DNA of 63,988 nt, the filler included, from Malassezia furfur (lineage: Eukaryota), in NCBI GenBank assembly GCA_052055015.1. It is 11 parts of 11 records of this genome, joined end to end, with 100 filler letters (N's around TTAATTAATTAA, not from the genome) between each part and the next. Parts side by side here need not be neighbours in the genome. Positions count along the whole stretch, not along the records: positions 47,330 to 53,038 come from JBQJIT010000581.1; positions 53,139 to 58,844 come from JBQJIT010000582.1; positions 58,945 to 63,988 come from JBQJIT010000632.1; 8 more parts are not named here. One strand, written 5' to 3'. Shown piece after piece: positions 47,330-59,041 of the stretch. Position 1 is the stretch's first letter. Each line of letters starts with the position of its first letter. A model generated the notes under the pieces. The model was given only the letters and a program-made list of their open reading frames with translations. It searched no databases and was not told the DNA's origin. Position numbers and translations under genes: made by a program.

Positions 47330-50300
47330 GGGCGAGCCGGGCGACGTGCTCGCGCTGAACGACGCCGCGGACGGCGCGCCGTCGCCCGCGGCGCCGCGCC
47401 CGCTGCTCAAGAGCGCCGCGAGCTTCAAGGTGCTCACCGAGTGCCCGATCGCCATCGTGCTCATCTTCCAGACCTACCGCCACGTGGTGAACGCGAGCAT
47501 CAACGTGTTTGTGCCGCTGATCTTTGAGCACTGCCTGATGCTGCAGGCGCTCCCGCAGCAGCAGGCGCACGAGGCGGCGCGCGCGCGCGGCGAGATCTTT
47601 GTCGGCGTCGCGCCCGGCATCCAGAACCGCGCGCTGTTCAACGACATGGTCACCGCGCAGGTCAAGACGATGTCGTTCCTCGCGTACGTGCTGCGCGGCA
47701 GCGCGCCGATCGTGCGGCAGTACGCGCAGCTGCTGCCGCAGGTCAACGTGCGCCTCCTGAAGGACTGCCCGCCGGAGAACGCCGTGACGCGCAAGGAGCT
47801 GCTCGTCGCCACGCGGCACATCCTCTCGACCGACTTCCGCGAGCACTTTGTCGGCCAAATCGATACCCTGCTCGACGAGCGCGTGCTGCTCGGCACGGGC
47901 GTCACCTCGCGCGAGCTGCAGCGCCCGCTCGCGGTCAGCATGCTCGCGGACCTCATGCACCACGTGCGCCAGGAGCTCAGCACCGAGCAGATCGTGCGCG
48001 TGATCAATCTGCACGCGCAGCTCCTGCACGACCCGACGCTCGCGCCGAGCATCCAGACGATGTGCGTCAAGCTCCTGCTGAACCTCATGGAGACCATCGT
48101 CCTGAAGCACGCCGAGCAGTCCGTGCCGATGCTCCGCGGCATCTTCCACACCTTCCTCGCGAAGCTCCCGGAGCTGCACCGCCTCGGGCAGGACCTCGCG
48201 GCGATGCGCGCGCAGGGCCTGCTCCCCGCGGACGCGGAGGGCAAGGCGGACGCCGCCGCGGAGGGCAAGGCGGACGGTAGCGGCGGCGCATCGGCCGAGG
48301 CGGACGCCGCCGCCGGTGCGCCGCCCGCCGACTCGGACGCGGCGGCGAACGACGCGGTGCGCATCGAGCAGGCGAAGGCGACGCAGTCGGCCGTCGCGGT
48401 GCTCGAGCACGTCGCGGACCCGCTGAAGAACGCGCGCTTCCTGTTCCGCAACTTGCTGTTTGGCTTCAAGACGCTCATCACCGTGCTCAAGCACCGCGGC
48501 GTGCCCGAGCCGGACGGCGAGGTGATGGGCCGCGTGTTTGTGGGCGGGGTGCGGTGCTGCCTGCTGCAGACGCAGCGCGACGGGCGCGAGGAGAAGGACA
48601 TGCTCGACCTGTTTACGAACGTGTTCATCGACCTGCAGCCCGAGACGTTCCACGAGGTGTTCTCGACGCACCTGCCCTTCCTCTTTGACGAGATTCTGCG
48701 CGCGCCGGTGCTGCTGGGCATCCCGCAGAACCTGCTGTCGAACGATGCGGTGTCGCGGCTGTTTGTCGAGATCCTGCTCAAGTTCCTCGTGGCGCGCCTC
48801 GAGGCGCTCGGCACCGCGGACAAGAAGCACGCGTCGGTGCTGCTGCGCCTGTTCAAGATGGCGTTCATGGCGGTGACCATCTTCCCCGAGGAGAACGAGG
48901 CGGTGCTGCAGCCGCACCTGACGCACCTCATCATGCACTCGCTGTCGTGTGCGAGCAAGGCGGAGGAGCCCACGAACTACTTCCTGCTGCTCCGTGCGCT
49001 GTTCCGCAGCATCGGCGGCGGGCGCTTTGAGCTGCTGTACAAGGACGTGCTGCCGCTGCTCCCGGTGCTCCTCGAGAAGCTCAACCTGCTCCTCGACGCC
49101 GCGGAGCCGGCGCAGCGCGAGCTGTTTGTCGATTTGTGCCTGACGGTGCCGGTGCGGCTGAGTGTGCTGCTGCCGTACCTGGACCAGCTGATGCACCCGC
49201 TCGTGCTCGCGCTGCAGGCGTCGCCGGAGCTCGTCAGCCAGGGGCTGCGCACGCTCGAGCTGTGCATCGACAACCTCACGCAAGAGTTCCTCGACCCGAT
49301 CATGGCGCCGTACATCGAGGAGATCATGGCCGCGCTCTGGACGCACCTGCGCCCGCTGCCGCACAGCCACCAGCACTCGCACACGACGATGCGCATCCTC
49401 GGCAAGCTCGGCGGGCGCAACCGCCGCTTTCTGCAGCAGCCGCCGCACCTCCACTTTGACGGCGCGTGGCAGCCGGCGGTGACGCTGACGCTGCACGGCA
49501 CGCCGCAGCGCCTCGCGCTGCTGCCCGCGATCGACATGGCGCTGCGCGACACGCCGCAGCACCGCGCGGCGTTCGACGTGCTGCGCACCGCCGCGACGCT
49601 GCTCGTGCACGACGGCGCACACGACGCCGAGCACCGCCCGGTGCTGCGGCGCGTGCTCGTCGGCCTGTTCCGCCTCGCGGCGCACGCGGAGCTGCGCGAC
49701 GAGGTGCGTGCGTACCTCGCGGGCGCCTACGCACACGCGCTGCACGCCGAGCTGCACCGCGCCGCGCTGCCGCTGCGCCACGCGGCGGGCCAGCGCCACC
49801 TGCTCCCGCTGACGCTCGTGCTGCTCGAGGCGATGGCCGCGGCCGTCGACGGGAGCGACATGGCGGGCGACGCGCCGCACCTCGACGTGCTGCTCGCGCT
49901 CGTGCAGCAGATCCGCACGACGTGCGACGCGCAGCCGAGCGCGGCGCGCCCCGCGCTCGGCGCGACGATCGTGCATGCGCTCGCCTCGTCGTTCTGCTCG
50001 CGGTGCTACGAGCAGCACTGGCACCGGCGCCTCGGCGGCTGGCTCGGCCTCGACGCGCTCGTGCGCCGCGCGGGGCTTGGCGCGACGTGGGTGGCGGACC
50101 ACCAGCTCGAGATGGTGCGCGCGCTGCTGTTCATGCTGAAGGACATGCCGAGCGACCCGCCGCGCGAGATTGCGCGGATCAGCGAGACGCTCTACGAGGT
50201 GCTGTCGCAGGCGTACAGCGAGCCGCCCGCGGCGGAGGAGCGCGCGTCGCCCGCGGACGCGCGGCGGCGCGAGCGCCCGTCGCACCTGTCGCTGCTCGTC

Positions 50301-53038
50301 GGCATCCTCATCCCCGAGCTGTCGTGCGCGAACGAAATGGCGCGGCACACGACGCAGCACGCGCTCGAGCTGCTGGCGGCGCGCAAGGCGTGCACGGTGA
50401 CCGACCTGCTCGCGCCGCAGCGCGACCGCCTGCTGCTGCCCATCTTCACGAAGCCGCTGCGCGCGCTGCCGTTCGGGATGCAGATCGGGCACATCGACGC
50501 GATGACGTACGCGCTGCAGCTGGCGCCGCCGCTGCCCGCGTTCAACGAGGAGCTCTTCCGCGTGCTCACCGAGGCGCTCGCGCTCGCGGACGCCGACGAC
50601 CAGGCGCTCGTGGGGCGCACGGCGCTGTACAAGAACGTCGTCGCGGTCACGCAGCTGCGCGTCGTCGCCATCCGCCTGCTCGCCGCCGCGATGCACTGCG
50701 CCGCGTTCCAGGCGCCGGAGCACGTGACCATGCGCCTGCGCATCCTGAGCGTGTACTTCAAGTGCCTCTACTCGCAGCGCGCCGAGGTGGTGCAGGTGGC
50801 GTACGACGCGCTGAAGGCGACGCTCGCGCAGCAGAGCAAGCTGCCCAAGGACCTGCTGCGCAGCGGGCTGCAGCCGATCCTCATGACGCTCGCGGACCGC
50901 CACCGGCTCACCACCGCGGGCCTCGACGGCCTCGCGCGCCTGCTGCAGCTGCTCACCAACTACTTCAAGGTGGAGATCGGCGTGAAGCTGCTCGACCACC
51001 TCACGAGCCTCGCAGAGCCCGCGATGCTGCGCCGCGCCGCCGCCGGGCCGCTCGACACGCACGAGCAGCTGCGCACGCTCGCGGCGATCGTGCGCGTGTT
51101 CCACCTGCTGCCGGACACCGCGTACCAGTTCATGCCGCGCCTGCCGATGTACGTCGCCGAGATCGAGCTGCACCTCGGGCGCGCGGGGCCCACGCCGTTC
51201 ACCGACACGCTCGTGCTGTACCTCGACCGCTTCGCGGAGCACGCACTGGCGTTCTTCTTCGAGTCGGACCGCGTGTGCAACCCGAAGCTGTTCCGCCTGC
51301 TGCGCCTCGCACTCGCCTCGCCGCACGGCGCTACGCTCCGCGCCGAGCTCGGCACGCACTACGAACGCTTCCTCCTGCCGCTGCTCGCCGAGCCCGGCAG
51401 CCTCGTCAAGGTGCACGCCGCGCTGCAGCTCCTCGTGACGCTCACCGAGCACCACGACGCCTGGCTCGTGCAGCACCCCGCGGCGAGCGCGCGCCTGCTC
51501 GCGCTCTGGAACACGCCCGAGATGTACGCCCAGCGCCGCGCCGAGACCGACGTGCTGTACGCCCAGGGCGAGACCACGCCGCTCTTCCTCACGCTCTTCC
51601 ACGCCGCACTGCGCCACGAGCCGCGCGCCGAGACCTACTTCGCGCTGCTCGACCTCTACACGGTGCGCCCCATCCGCGACACGACGCCGCACACGCGCTT
51701 CGTGTACGAGCACGTGGCGGTGCACGGGCCCCGCGCGCTGCAGCGCGAGGTGCTGCAGCGCGCGGTGCACCTCCTGTGCGACACGCACGTGCCGACCGCG
51801 GTGAAGGTCGCGGCGCTCACGGTGCTCGTCAACCCGACGCTCGCGGCGCGCGCCTGGGCGCCCAGCGAGGACGAGGCGCTGCTGACGCCCGCCTGGGTGG
51901 CGCTCGTCGCCTCGGCGGTGTGGAAGCACGTGCAGACGCCCGCGGGCGCGGAGCTGTTCGCCGACGACGCGCTGCGCATCGAGCTGCTGCAGATGTCCAC
52001 GCACATCCTGCACACCGGCGCGCCGCTCCTCGCGGCGCACGGCGCAATGAAGCTCGACGCGGTCAAGTTCGGCTGGGCGTCGCTCTCGGCCGAGGACGTC
52101 ACGGTGAAGCACGCGGCGTACGGCTTCATTGCGCGCTTTTTGCGCGCGTTTGAGAGCCCGCTGAAGATCGTCGGGCAGGTGTACATCGGGCTGCTGCGCC
52201 TGCACCACAGCGACGGGCGCGGGCTCGTGCGCAAGGCGCTCGACGTGCTCGTGCCCGCGCTGCCGACGCGCGTGCCCGCCGCGCCGGGGCAGACGCCGCT
52301 GTGGGTCAAGTGGACGAAGCGCACGCTGCTCGACGAGGCGCACAACGCCGCGCAGCTGAGCGTCATCCTGCACCTGCTCGTGCGCTACGACGAGCTGTTC
52401 TACGCGTCGCGCGACCTGTTTGTGCCGCACATGGTCACGGCGCTCGCCAAGCTCGGCCTCGCGAGCAGCGCAAGCGGCGAGTCGAAGCGCCTCGCCGTGC
52501 AGCTCGTGCAGCTCCTCGTGCGCTGGGACGACGGCGAGGCGGCGGCGGACGACGACGCGCCGCGCAAGCGGCAGCGCACGTCCGCCACGACGCACGCCGA
52601 CACCGCGCCCGCGCCCTACACAATGCCCGCGCACCTGCGCGACATGACGATGGGCTTCCTCGTGCGCTTCGTCTCGCTGAGCCTCGAGCCGTACGCCAAG
52701 AGCGAGGTCGCGCGCGACGCGTTCGAGCTGCTCGAGCGCGCGCTCGCGCTGCCCGCGTGGCGCAACGTGCAGATCCGCCTCGCGCTGCTGCAGCGCGCGC
52801 TGGTGCACACCGACGCCACCGAGCCGCACCTCGCGCTGATGGCCAACGCGCTCGCGACGCTCGACGTGATCAGCCGCGAAAAGAGCGCCGCGTGGTACAC
52901 GACGCACCTCGCGCAGCTGCACAAGCTGCTCGAAAAGAGCATCGCCTCCGACCAGCCCGTGCTGCTCGACGCCGCGCGGCCCGTGCTGCAGCGCGCGCTG
53001 GTGCACACCGACGCCACCGAGCCGCACCTCGCGCTGAT
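47330..53038 (+). CDS. TRA1: Tra1/TRRAP HEAT-repeat region, internal fragment
   Basis: SFKVLTECPI, AQVKTMSFLAY, RKELLVATRHIL, LFRSIGGGRFELLY, LTVPVRLSVLLPYL, QGLRTLELCIDNL, RILGKLGGRNR, LRALPFGMQIG. Confidence 0.96.
52786..53038 (+). repeat. Exact 55-nt direct repeat (52786-52840 and 52984-53038) ending at the contig edge
   Basis: TGCTGCAGCGCGCGCTGGTGCACACCGACGCCACCGAGCCGCACCTCGCGCTGAT occurs twice, 198 nt apart. Confidence 0.9.
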
Positions 53039-53138
53039 NNNNNNNNNNNNNNNNNNNNNNNNNNNNNNNNNNNNNNNNNNNNTTAATTAATTAANNNNNN
53101 NNNNNNNNNNNNNNNNNNNNNNNNNNNNNNNNNNNNNN

Positions 53139-55980
53139 CCAAGAAGGGAGGTTCGCAGCTCGCGCAGCTCCGCTCGGGGCTGCGCGACGCCGGAGTCACC
53201 ACCAGCAAGCCAAAGAAGGGCAGGAAGGAGGACAGGGACGACCGTGTCGGGCAGTACCGCCGCGAGCAGCGCCGGAAGCGGCTCGACGCCCTCATGTCGT
53301 CGCTGAACGCGTTCGACGAGCGCACCGCGCGCGCCAAGAACGACGTGCTGGGGCGCAAGGTGAAGGGCACGACGGGGCGCCCGGGCGCGTCCAAGTCGGA
53401 CGCGATCCAGCTGCGCCGCGAAAAGCTCCTCCCGGAGCTCGAGGCGCGGCACCGCTCGTCGTCGTTCGTCGACCGCCGCTTCGGCGAGTACAACCCGCAC
53501 CTGTCGGTGGAAGACAAGATGCTCCAGCGCTTCACGCACGAGCGGCAGAACCGCATGGGCAAGACGTCGCTGTTTGACCTGAACGACGACGAGGAGGCCG
53601 GCCTGACGCACTACGGCCAGAGCCTCAGCGGCCTCGACGAGATGCCCGATGTGATGCACGAGGACGACGAGGAGCACGGTACGTATACCCGCACACACGG
53701 CGCGCCAAGGATGATCCGACGCATGCAAACGTCCAAACCGAATGAGCCGACAGGCTGTGCCGGGAAAAAGTTCTACTGGAGATTGCTGAGGCGTCGCCCG
53801 TGCGGCTTGCGAACACGCTGACCACAGGCAACATGGACGCCTACGAGACGCAGGGGCACTTTGCGGGCTTTGCCGAGGGCGAGGGCGAGCGCAGCAAAAA
53901 CGAGGTCATGAAGGAGATCATCGCCAAGTCGAAACTCGCCAAGGCCGAGCGCCAAAAGGTCAAGGACGCCGACGACGAAATGCGCATGGAACTCGACGAG
54001 GAGCTCGGCGATATCCGCTCGCTGCTCTTCTCGCAGAAGCGCGACGAGGAGCAGGACGAGGACGCGGCGCCCAAGGCGCCGGCGCCCGACGAGAAGAGCG
54101 AGGCGTACGATGCGTTTGTGCGCGAGATGGCGTTTGAGCGCCGCGCACGGCCGCAGGACCGGCTCAAGACCGCCGAGGAGCTCGAAGAGGAGCAGGCCAA
54201 GCGCCTGCGCGACGCCGAGGCCGCGCGCCTGCGGCGTATGCACGGCGAGCCGGACGAGGAGGAGCAAGATACCCACGAGGAGGAAGAGGAGGCGACGGGG
54301 CGCATGCGCTTTGGCCTGGGCGAGGGCTTGGACGCGAAGCGGCCGCGCGACGACGAGGATGAGGAGGACGACGAGGAGGGCGATGAGGAGGATGAGGAAA
54401 GCGACGAGGAGGACGAGGGCGAAGAGGGCGAGGAGGAAGAGGAGGAAGAGGAAGACTCGGACGACGACTCAGACGCCGACGACGCCGACGACGCTGCGCT
54501 CGCGCGCTTCGAGCGCCACCTCGACGCGGCCGAAGAGACCGCGCCTGGCCGGCACCGCACGCTGCCGAAGCGCAGCGAGGTGCCGACGCTGCCATTCACC
54601 TTCCCCTGCCCCAGCACGCACGACGAGCTGCTCGACCTGCTCGAGGAGCATGGCGTGCAGCCGTCGCAGCTCCACACGGTCGTGAGCCGCATCCGCACGC
54701 TGCATGCGCCGCACCTCGACGAAAAGAACCCCGAGCGGCTGCAGCGCCTGCTCGGCGTGCTGATCGACCACCTGCTGTACCGCGCGAGCCAAGCCTCGGG
54801 CGGCGACGATGCGGCGGACGTCGTGGTGCTGAACGACCTCCTTCTGCACATCGCCGAGCTCTCGAAAACATACCCCGCGCGCAGCGCCGAGCACTTTGTC
54901 GCGAAGCTCGCCATGATGCAGCGCAACCTCACGCGCGGGCTGAGCCGCGGCGCGTTGGAGCGGACGTCGCACACGTGGCCGGCGCTGCCCGAGCTGTGCC
55001 TGCTGCGTGCCGCCGGGATCGTGTGGCCGACGAGCGACCGCTGGCACCCGGTGGCGACGCCGCTCGCGCTGCTCATGGCGCAGTACCTCGCGCACGCGCG
55101 CATCCGCTCGCTCGAAGACATCGCCGCGGCGCTCTACCTCGTGTCGCTGCTCGCGTCCGACCAGCGCGCGAGCCGCCGGCTGGTGCCCGAGGCGCTCAAC
55201 GTGCTCTACTCCGTCGTAGCAATCCTGCTCCCGCCCCTGCGCGCCAAGGGCGCCGCGCCGGCCAAGGCGCTCGCCGAGGAGTTTGGCATCCCGACGCCAG
55301 ACGTCGGTGCACCGCACACGGCCGGCCTGGCGCTGCGCGAGGACGCAGCGCCCGCGGCGCCTGTGCACCTCGTGCCGCTGCTCGCGCACGCGCCCGACAC
55401 GGCGCAGACGCGTGCGGACCTGCTCGGCGTCGCGGTGCAGCTGCTCGCGACGTGGGCGGAGCTGTACGCGCCGAGCCCCGCGTTTGTGGAGCTTTTCACG
55501 CCCGCGGCCTTTTTGCTCGAGGTCGGTGCGGCGCACGTGCGTGCGAAGCAGCCGCGCATCGGCGCGCACCTCGGCGAGGCGGCGCGTGCGCTGCGTGCGC
55601 AGCTGGAGCGTGCGCTGCGTGCGCGGCGTGCGCTGCGGCTGCAGGCGCACCGTGCGCTGTCGATTGCGTCGTATGCGCCCAAGTTCGACCAGCAGGGCTT
55701 CGACCCGAAGCGCGCGACGGACCCCGATGCGGAGCGTGCGCAGAACGCCAAGCTGCGTGCGCTGCTCAAGAAGGAGCGCAAGGGCGCGATCCGCGAGCTC
55801 CGCAAGGACGCGCAGTTTGTCGCCGAGGCGCGCGAGCAACGCCGCGCCGAGGAGGACGCGGCGTACAAGCGCAAGATCGACAAGATCACCCACGGGCTGC
55901 AGGAGGAGCGCTCCGAGGAAAAGCAGCTCGACCGCGCCAAGGCGACGCTGCGCAAGCGCGCGGGCAAGCGCGCGACATAG
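53139..55980 (+). CDS. NOP14: Nucleolar protein Nop14, first codons missing; intron 53679-53827 (149 nt)
   Basis: GSQLAQLR, FVDRRFGE, LTHYGQSL, RSKNEVMKEIIAKSK, RARPQDRLKTAEE, TSDRWHPVATP, KKERKGAIRELRKD. Confidence 0.95.
53699..53798 (+). ncRNA. Intronic box C/D snoRNA candidate
   Basis: Terminal stem GGCGCGCC/GGCGTCGCC, box C AGGATGA (53708-53714), D' ATGA (53742-53745), box D CTGA (53786-53789), guide GTTCTACTGGAGATT (53770-53784). Sits in the only long intron of the window. Confidence 0.82.
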
Positions 55981-56037
55981 CCTGTACCATAGACGCCGCG
56001 GCGCGTGCGGCCCTCCAGCTGGGACCTCCACTTCCGA

Positions 56038-56976
56038 ATGGTGCGCCGCGGCCGCTGACGCAGGTGACCAAGCCGTCCAAGACCGCCGTCGCGCAGCGGT
56101 TCGTCGCCGTGACGGGCGCAAGCGCCGCAGACGCACAGCAGTACCTGCGCGAGACCAACTACCGCCTCGACGCGGCCGTCGACGCCTACTTTGCGCAGCA
56201 GAGCGCCGCGCCTCGGCTCTCGGCAGCGCAGGAGCGCGAGGCGACTGCCGCGCTCCACGCCGTGTTCGACGCCTACCAGGGTACGCCTCCCAGCTCACAC
56301 AGACCCGGATGGGGAGCCGGACACCATCACGGCCGAGGGCGCACTCCGCCTGTTTGGCGATCTCGGCGTGGACGTCGCCAGTGTGTCGGTGCTGCCGCTG
56401 TCGTACTACCTCGACGCGCCGTCGCTCGGCCACTTTACGCGCGCGGGCTTCACCGAGGGCTGGCTGCGCCTCGGCCTCGGGCCCGCGCTCGTGGGGCGCC
56501 CCGCGCCCGCCGAGGTGCTCGAGCAGATGCGCCGCGCCGTGCCGGCGATCGACGGGGCCTTCCGCACGAACGGCCCCGTGCTCCCGCCGCGCACGCCGGG
56601 CCAGGGCGCGAGCAAAAAGGGGCTGTATACTACCGTGTACGAGTACACGTTTGTGTTTGCGCGCAGCGAGGGCCAAAAGAACCTGCCCGTGGACGTGGCA
56701 CTGACGTTCTGGGACCTGCTCGTCCCGTACGCGCCCTCGTACGACGGCGAGGGCACGCGCGGCGCACCGCCCTCGTTCTCGGCGCGCCAGTACGCGCTAT
56801 GGAAACAGTTTCTGACCGAGGCGGCCAACGTGCGCATCATCTCCAAGGATACCTGGACGCAGTTTCTCGAGTTCACGCAGGAGATCGACCCGCACTTTGC
56901 GACGCACGACTTTGACGCCGCATGGCCTTCGCTCATCGACGAGTTTGTCGAGTGGGCACGCAAGCAGGATGCATAG
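56038..56976 (+). CDS. DCN1: Dcn1 (UBA-like plus PONY domain) neddylation E3; introns 56041-56063 (23 nt) and 56281-56302 (22 nt)
   Basis: FVAVTGAS..DAQQYL..YRLDAAVDAYF, FGDLGVD, FTRAGFTEGW, YEYTFVFAR.EGQKNL, ISKDTW, DAAWPSLIDEFVEW. Confidence 0.92.
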
Positions 56977-57044
56977 AGCTTTTACACGATGGTATACAAC
57001 AGTGGGTATTCAGCACGGCGTACCAACTCTGTCGCCGCGCCCGC

Positions 57045-57339
57045 TCACGCCTCCGACTCGGCGAGCTCGCGCACGTACAGCACGTTGTTGCATCTTCGTC
57101 AGCGCGCACACACGTACCGGATGAACACCTCGCCGAGCGTGCCGTTCGACTTGCCGTCCTGCAGCTCTTCGGTGTTGGCGAGCTGGAAGTTCATGTAGTT
57201 GTCGGTGCTCACTAGGAACCCCTTGTACTCCAGGCCCCACTTGAGCCGCACGAGCACCTTCTTTCCGATCTGCTGCTGGAGAAACGGCTTGGGGTTCACG
57301 GGATAGTCCTGCGTCAGCGCGCGCTCCACGTACCGGCAT
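57045..57339 (-). CDS. SMX3: Sm protein F; introns 57309-57333 (25 nt) and 57094-57117 (24 nt, AAG acceptor)
   Basis: [43 protein letters not shown]...LGEVFIR|CNNVLY. Confidence 0.93.
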
Positions 57340-57450
57340 GGTCGTCGACAACGCAGACGAGGCGCACGTGGCCGCACGTGGCCCTCAACGCGACACGGTC
57401 GCGAAGGGATCGTGCGGGGGGGACTGAGCGCAGCGCGCTCCGCACCCGCG

Positions 57451-58844
57451 ATGTCCGCGCGCGAGGAACAGGAGGCGGCGCGCACGACGCGCGTCGCATG
57501 GATCCGCGGGCCGCCGTGGCTGCGCTTGCCCATCCTCACCCTGGGACACTGGGGGTCCCACTTTGTCTGGTCGATCCTCAATGCGCGCGCGGCGCTCTTT
57601 CTCATGCGGCTCGGCATCCCCAAGAGCGTCACGTCCGTGGTGCTCATGGCCGGGCCACTGAGCGGGCTGCTCGTCCAGCCCGTCGTCGGCATCCTGTCCG
57701 ACCACTGCACGAGCCGCTGGGGTCGCCGGAGGCCCTACATTCTCGGCGGCCTTGTGCTGTGCCTCGCGGCGCTGCTGTGCCTCGCCATCGCGACCAACAT
57801 TGCGCGCATCCACAGCACGGTGTCGTCGCTGCTTGCGATCGTGCTCGCGATCGTCGGCATCGTTAGCATCGATGTGTCGGTCAATACGCTCTCGGCGGCA
57901 CACCGCGCCTTGCTGCTCGACATGCTGCCTGCCGACGAGCAGGATCTCGCGAACGCATGGGCGACGCGCTTCAGCAGCCTCGGCTCCGTGTCGGGCTACC
58001 TGATGGGCGATATGGATTTGTCGAACGGCCTCGATCTCGACCAGCTCAGCGTGCTGACCCTGTCGGCGGCCGTGCTGCTCGTCCTGACGCACCTCGGCCT
58101 GTTTGTGCTGATCGACGAGCCCTTGGCGCACGATGTGCCGCCCAACGCACCGACGTCGCTGTACGGGCGCGTGCGCGACCTGCTCCTGCACTTTTACGAA
58201 ACGAGCCGCGTCCTGCCGCCGGCGGTGTGGGGCCTCTTCCGCATCCAGTTCTTTGTGTGGCTTGCATGGTTCCCGGTGTTGTACTATAGCTCGGCGTGGG
58301 TCGCCGAGATCTACCGCGCGGCGCACCACCTGCCGGGCAACAGGCTGACCGAGGTGGCGCGCCGCGAGGGCAGCTTTGCGCTGCTGTGCAATGCGCTCAC
58401 GGCGCTCGTCGCCTCGATCCTTTTACCATTCTGCCTGCACGGTGTGCTGCCGGGTGCGTCGAGCGGCCCGCACCGCTATGCGCGTGCGCCGACCACCGTG
58501 TGGTCTGCGGACGACGAGGAGGAGACGGCCGACGATGCCAAGGCGGGCGATAGGAAGCCGCGCGAAAACGCTGAGGCACCTGTCGAGGCGGCAGCGCCCC
58601 GCACCGAGGCGCGTACGAGCGCTGCGGGGCGGTGGGGCGCGCTGCGTGCGCCGACGCTGCCCGAGGCATGGCTCGCGTCGCAAGTGCTGTTTTGCGTGAG
58701 CATGCTCTTCTTTACATGTCCGATCTACGACCGCGCGTCTGTGCCCGGCGCCGTGGGGCTGATTAGTGTGCTGGGCCTGAGTTGGGCAATGACGCTGTGG
58801 GCGCCGTATGCGCTGCTCGGCATTTTGCTGCGTACGCAGCGCGT
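57451..58844 (+). CDS. GPH-family sucrose/alpha-glucoside transporter (Sut1/SLC45-like), 3'-partial
   Basis: [70 protein letters not shown]. Confidence 0.88.
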
Positions 58845-59041
58845 NNNNNNNNNNNNNNNNNNNNNNNNNNNNNNNNNNNNNNNNNNNNTTAATTAATTAA
58901 NNNNNNNNNNNNNNNNNNNNNNNNNNNNNNNNNNNNNNNNNNNNCAGGGGTGGTGGGGCGTGGGGCGAGGCGGGGTGCGGCGCGCAGGGTGGGCATCGGC
59001 TTCGCAGAAGGAAGGAGCTATGTGGAGGCAGGCCCCGGGCG

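Noticed and set aside
54340..54495. GAG/GAC-rich low-complexity tract
   Set aside because: Acidic linker typical of Nop14.
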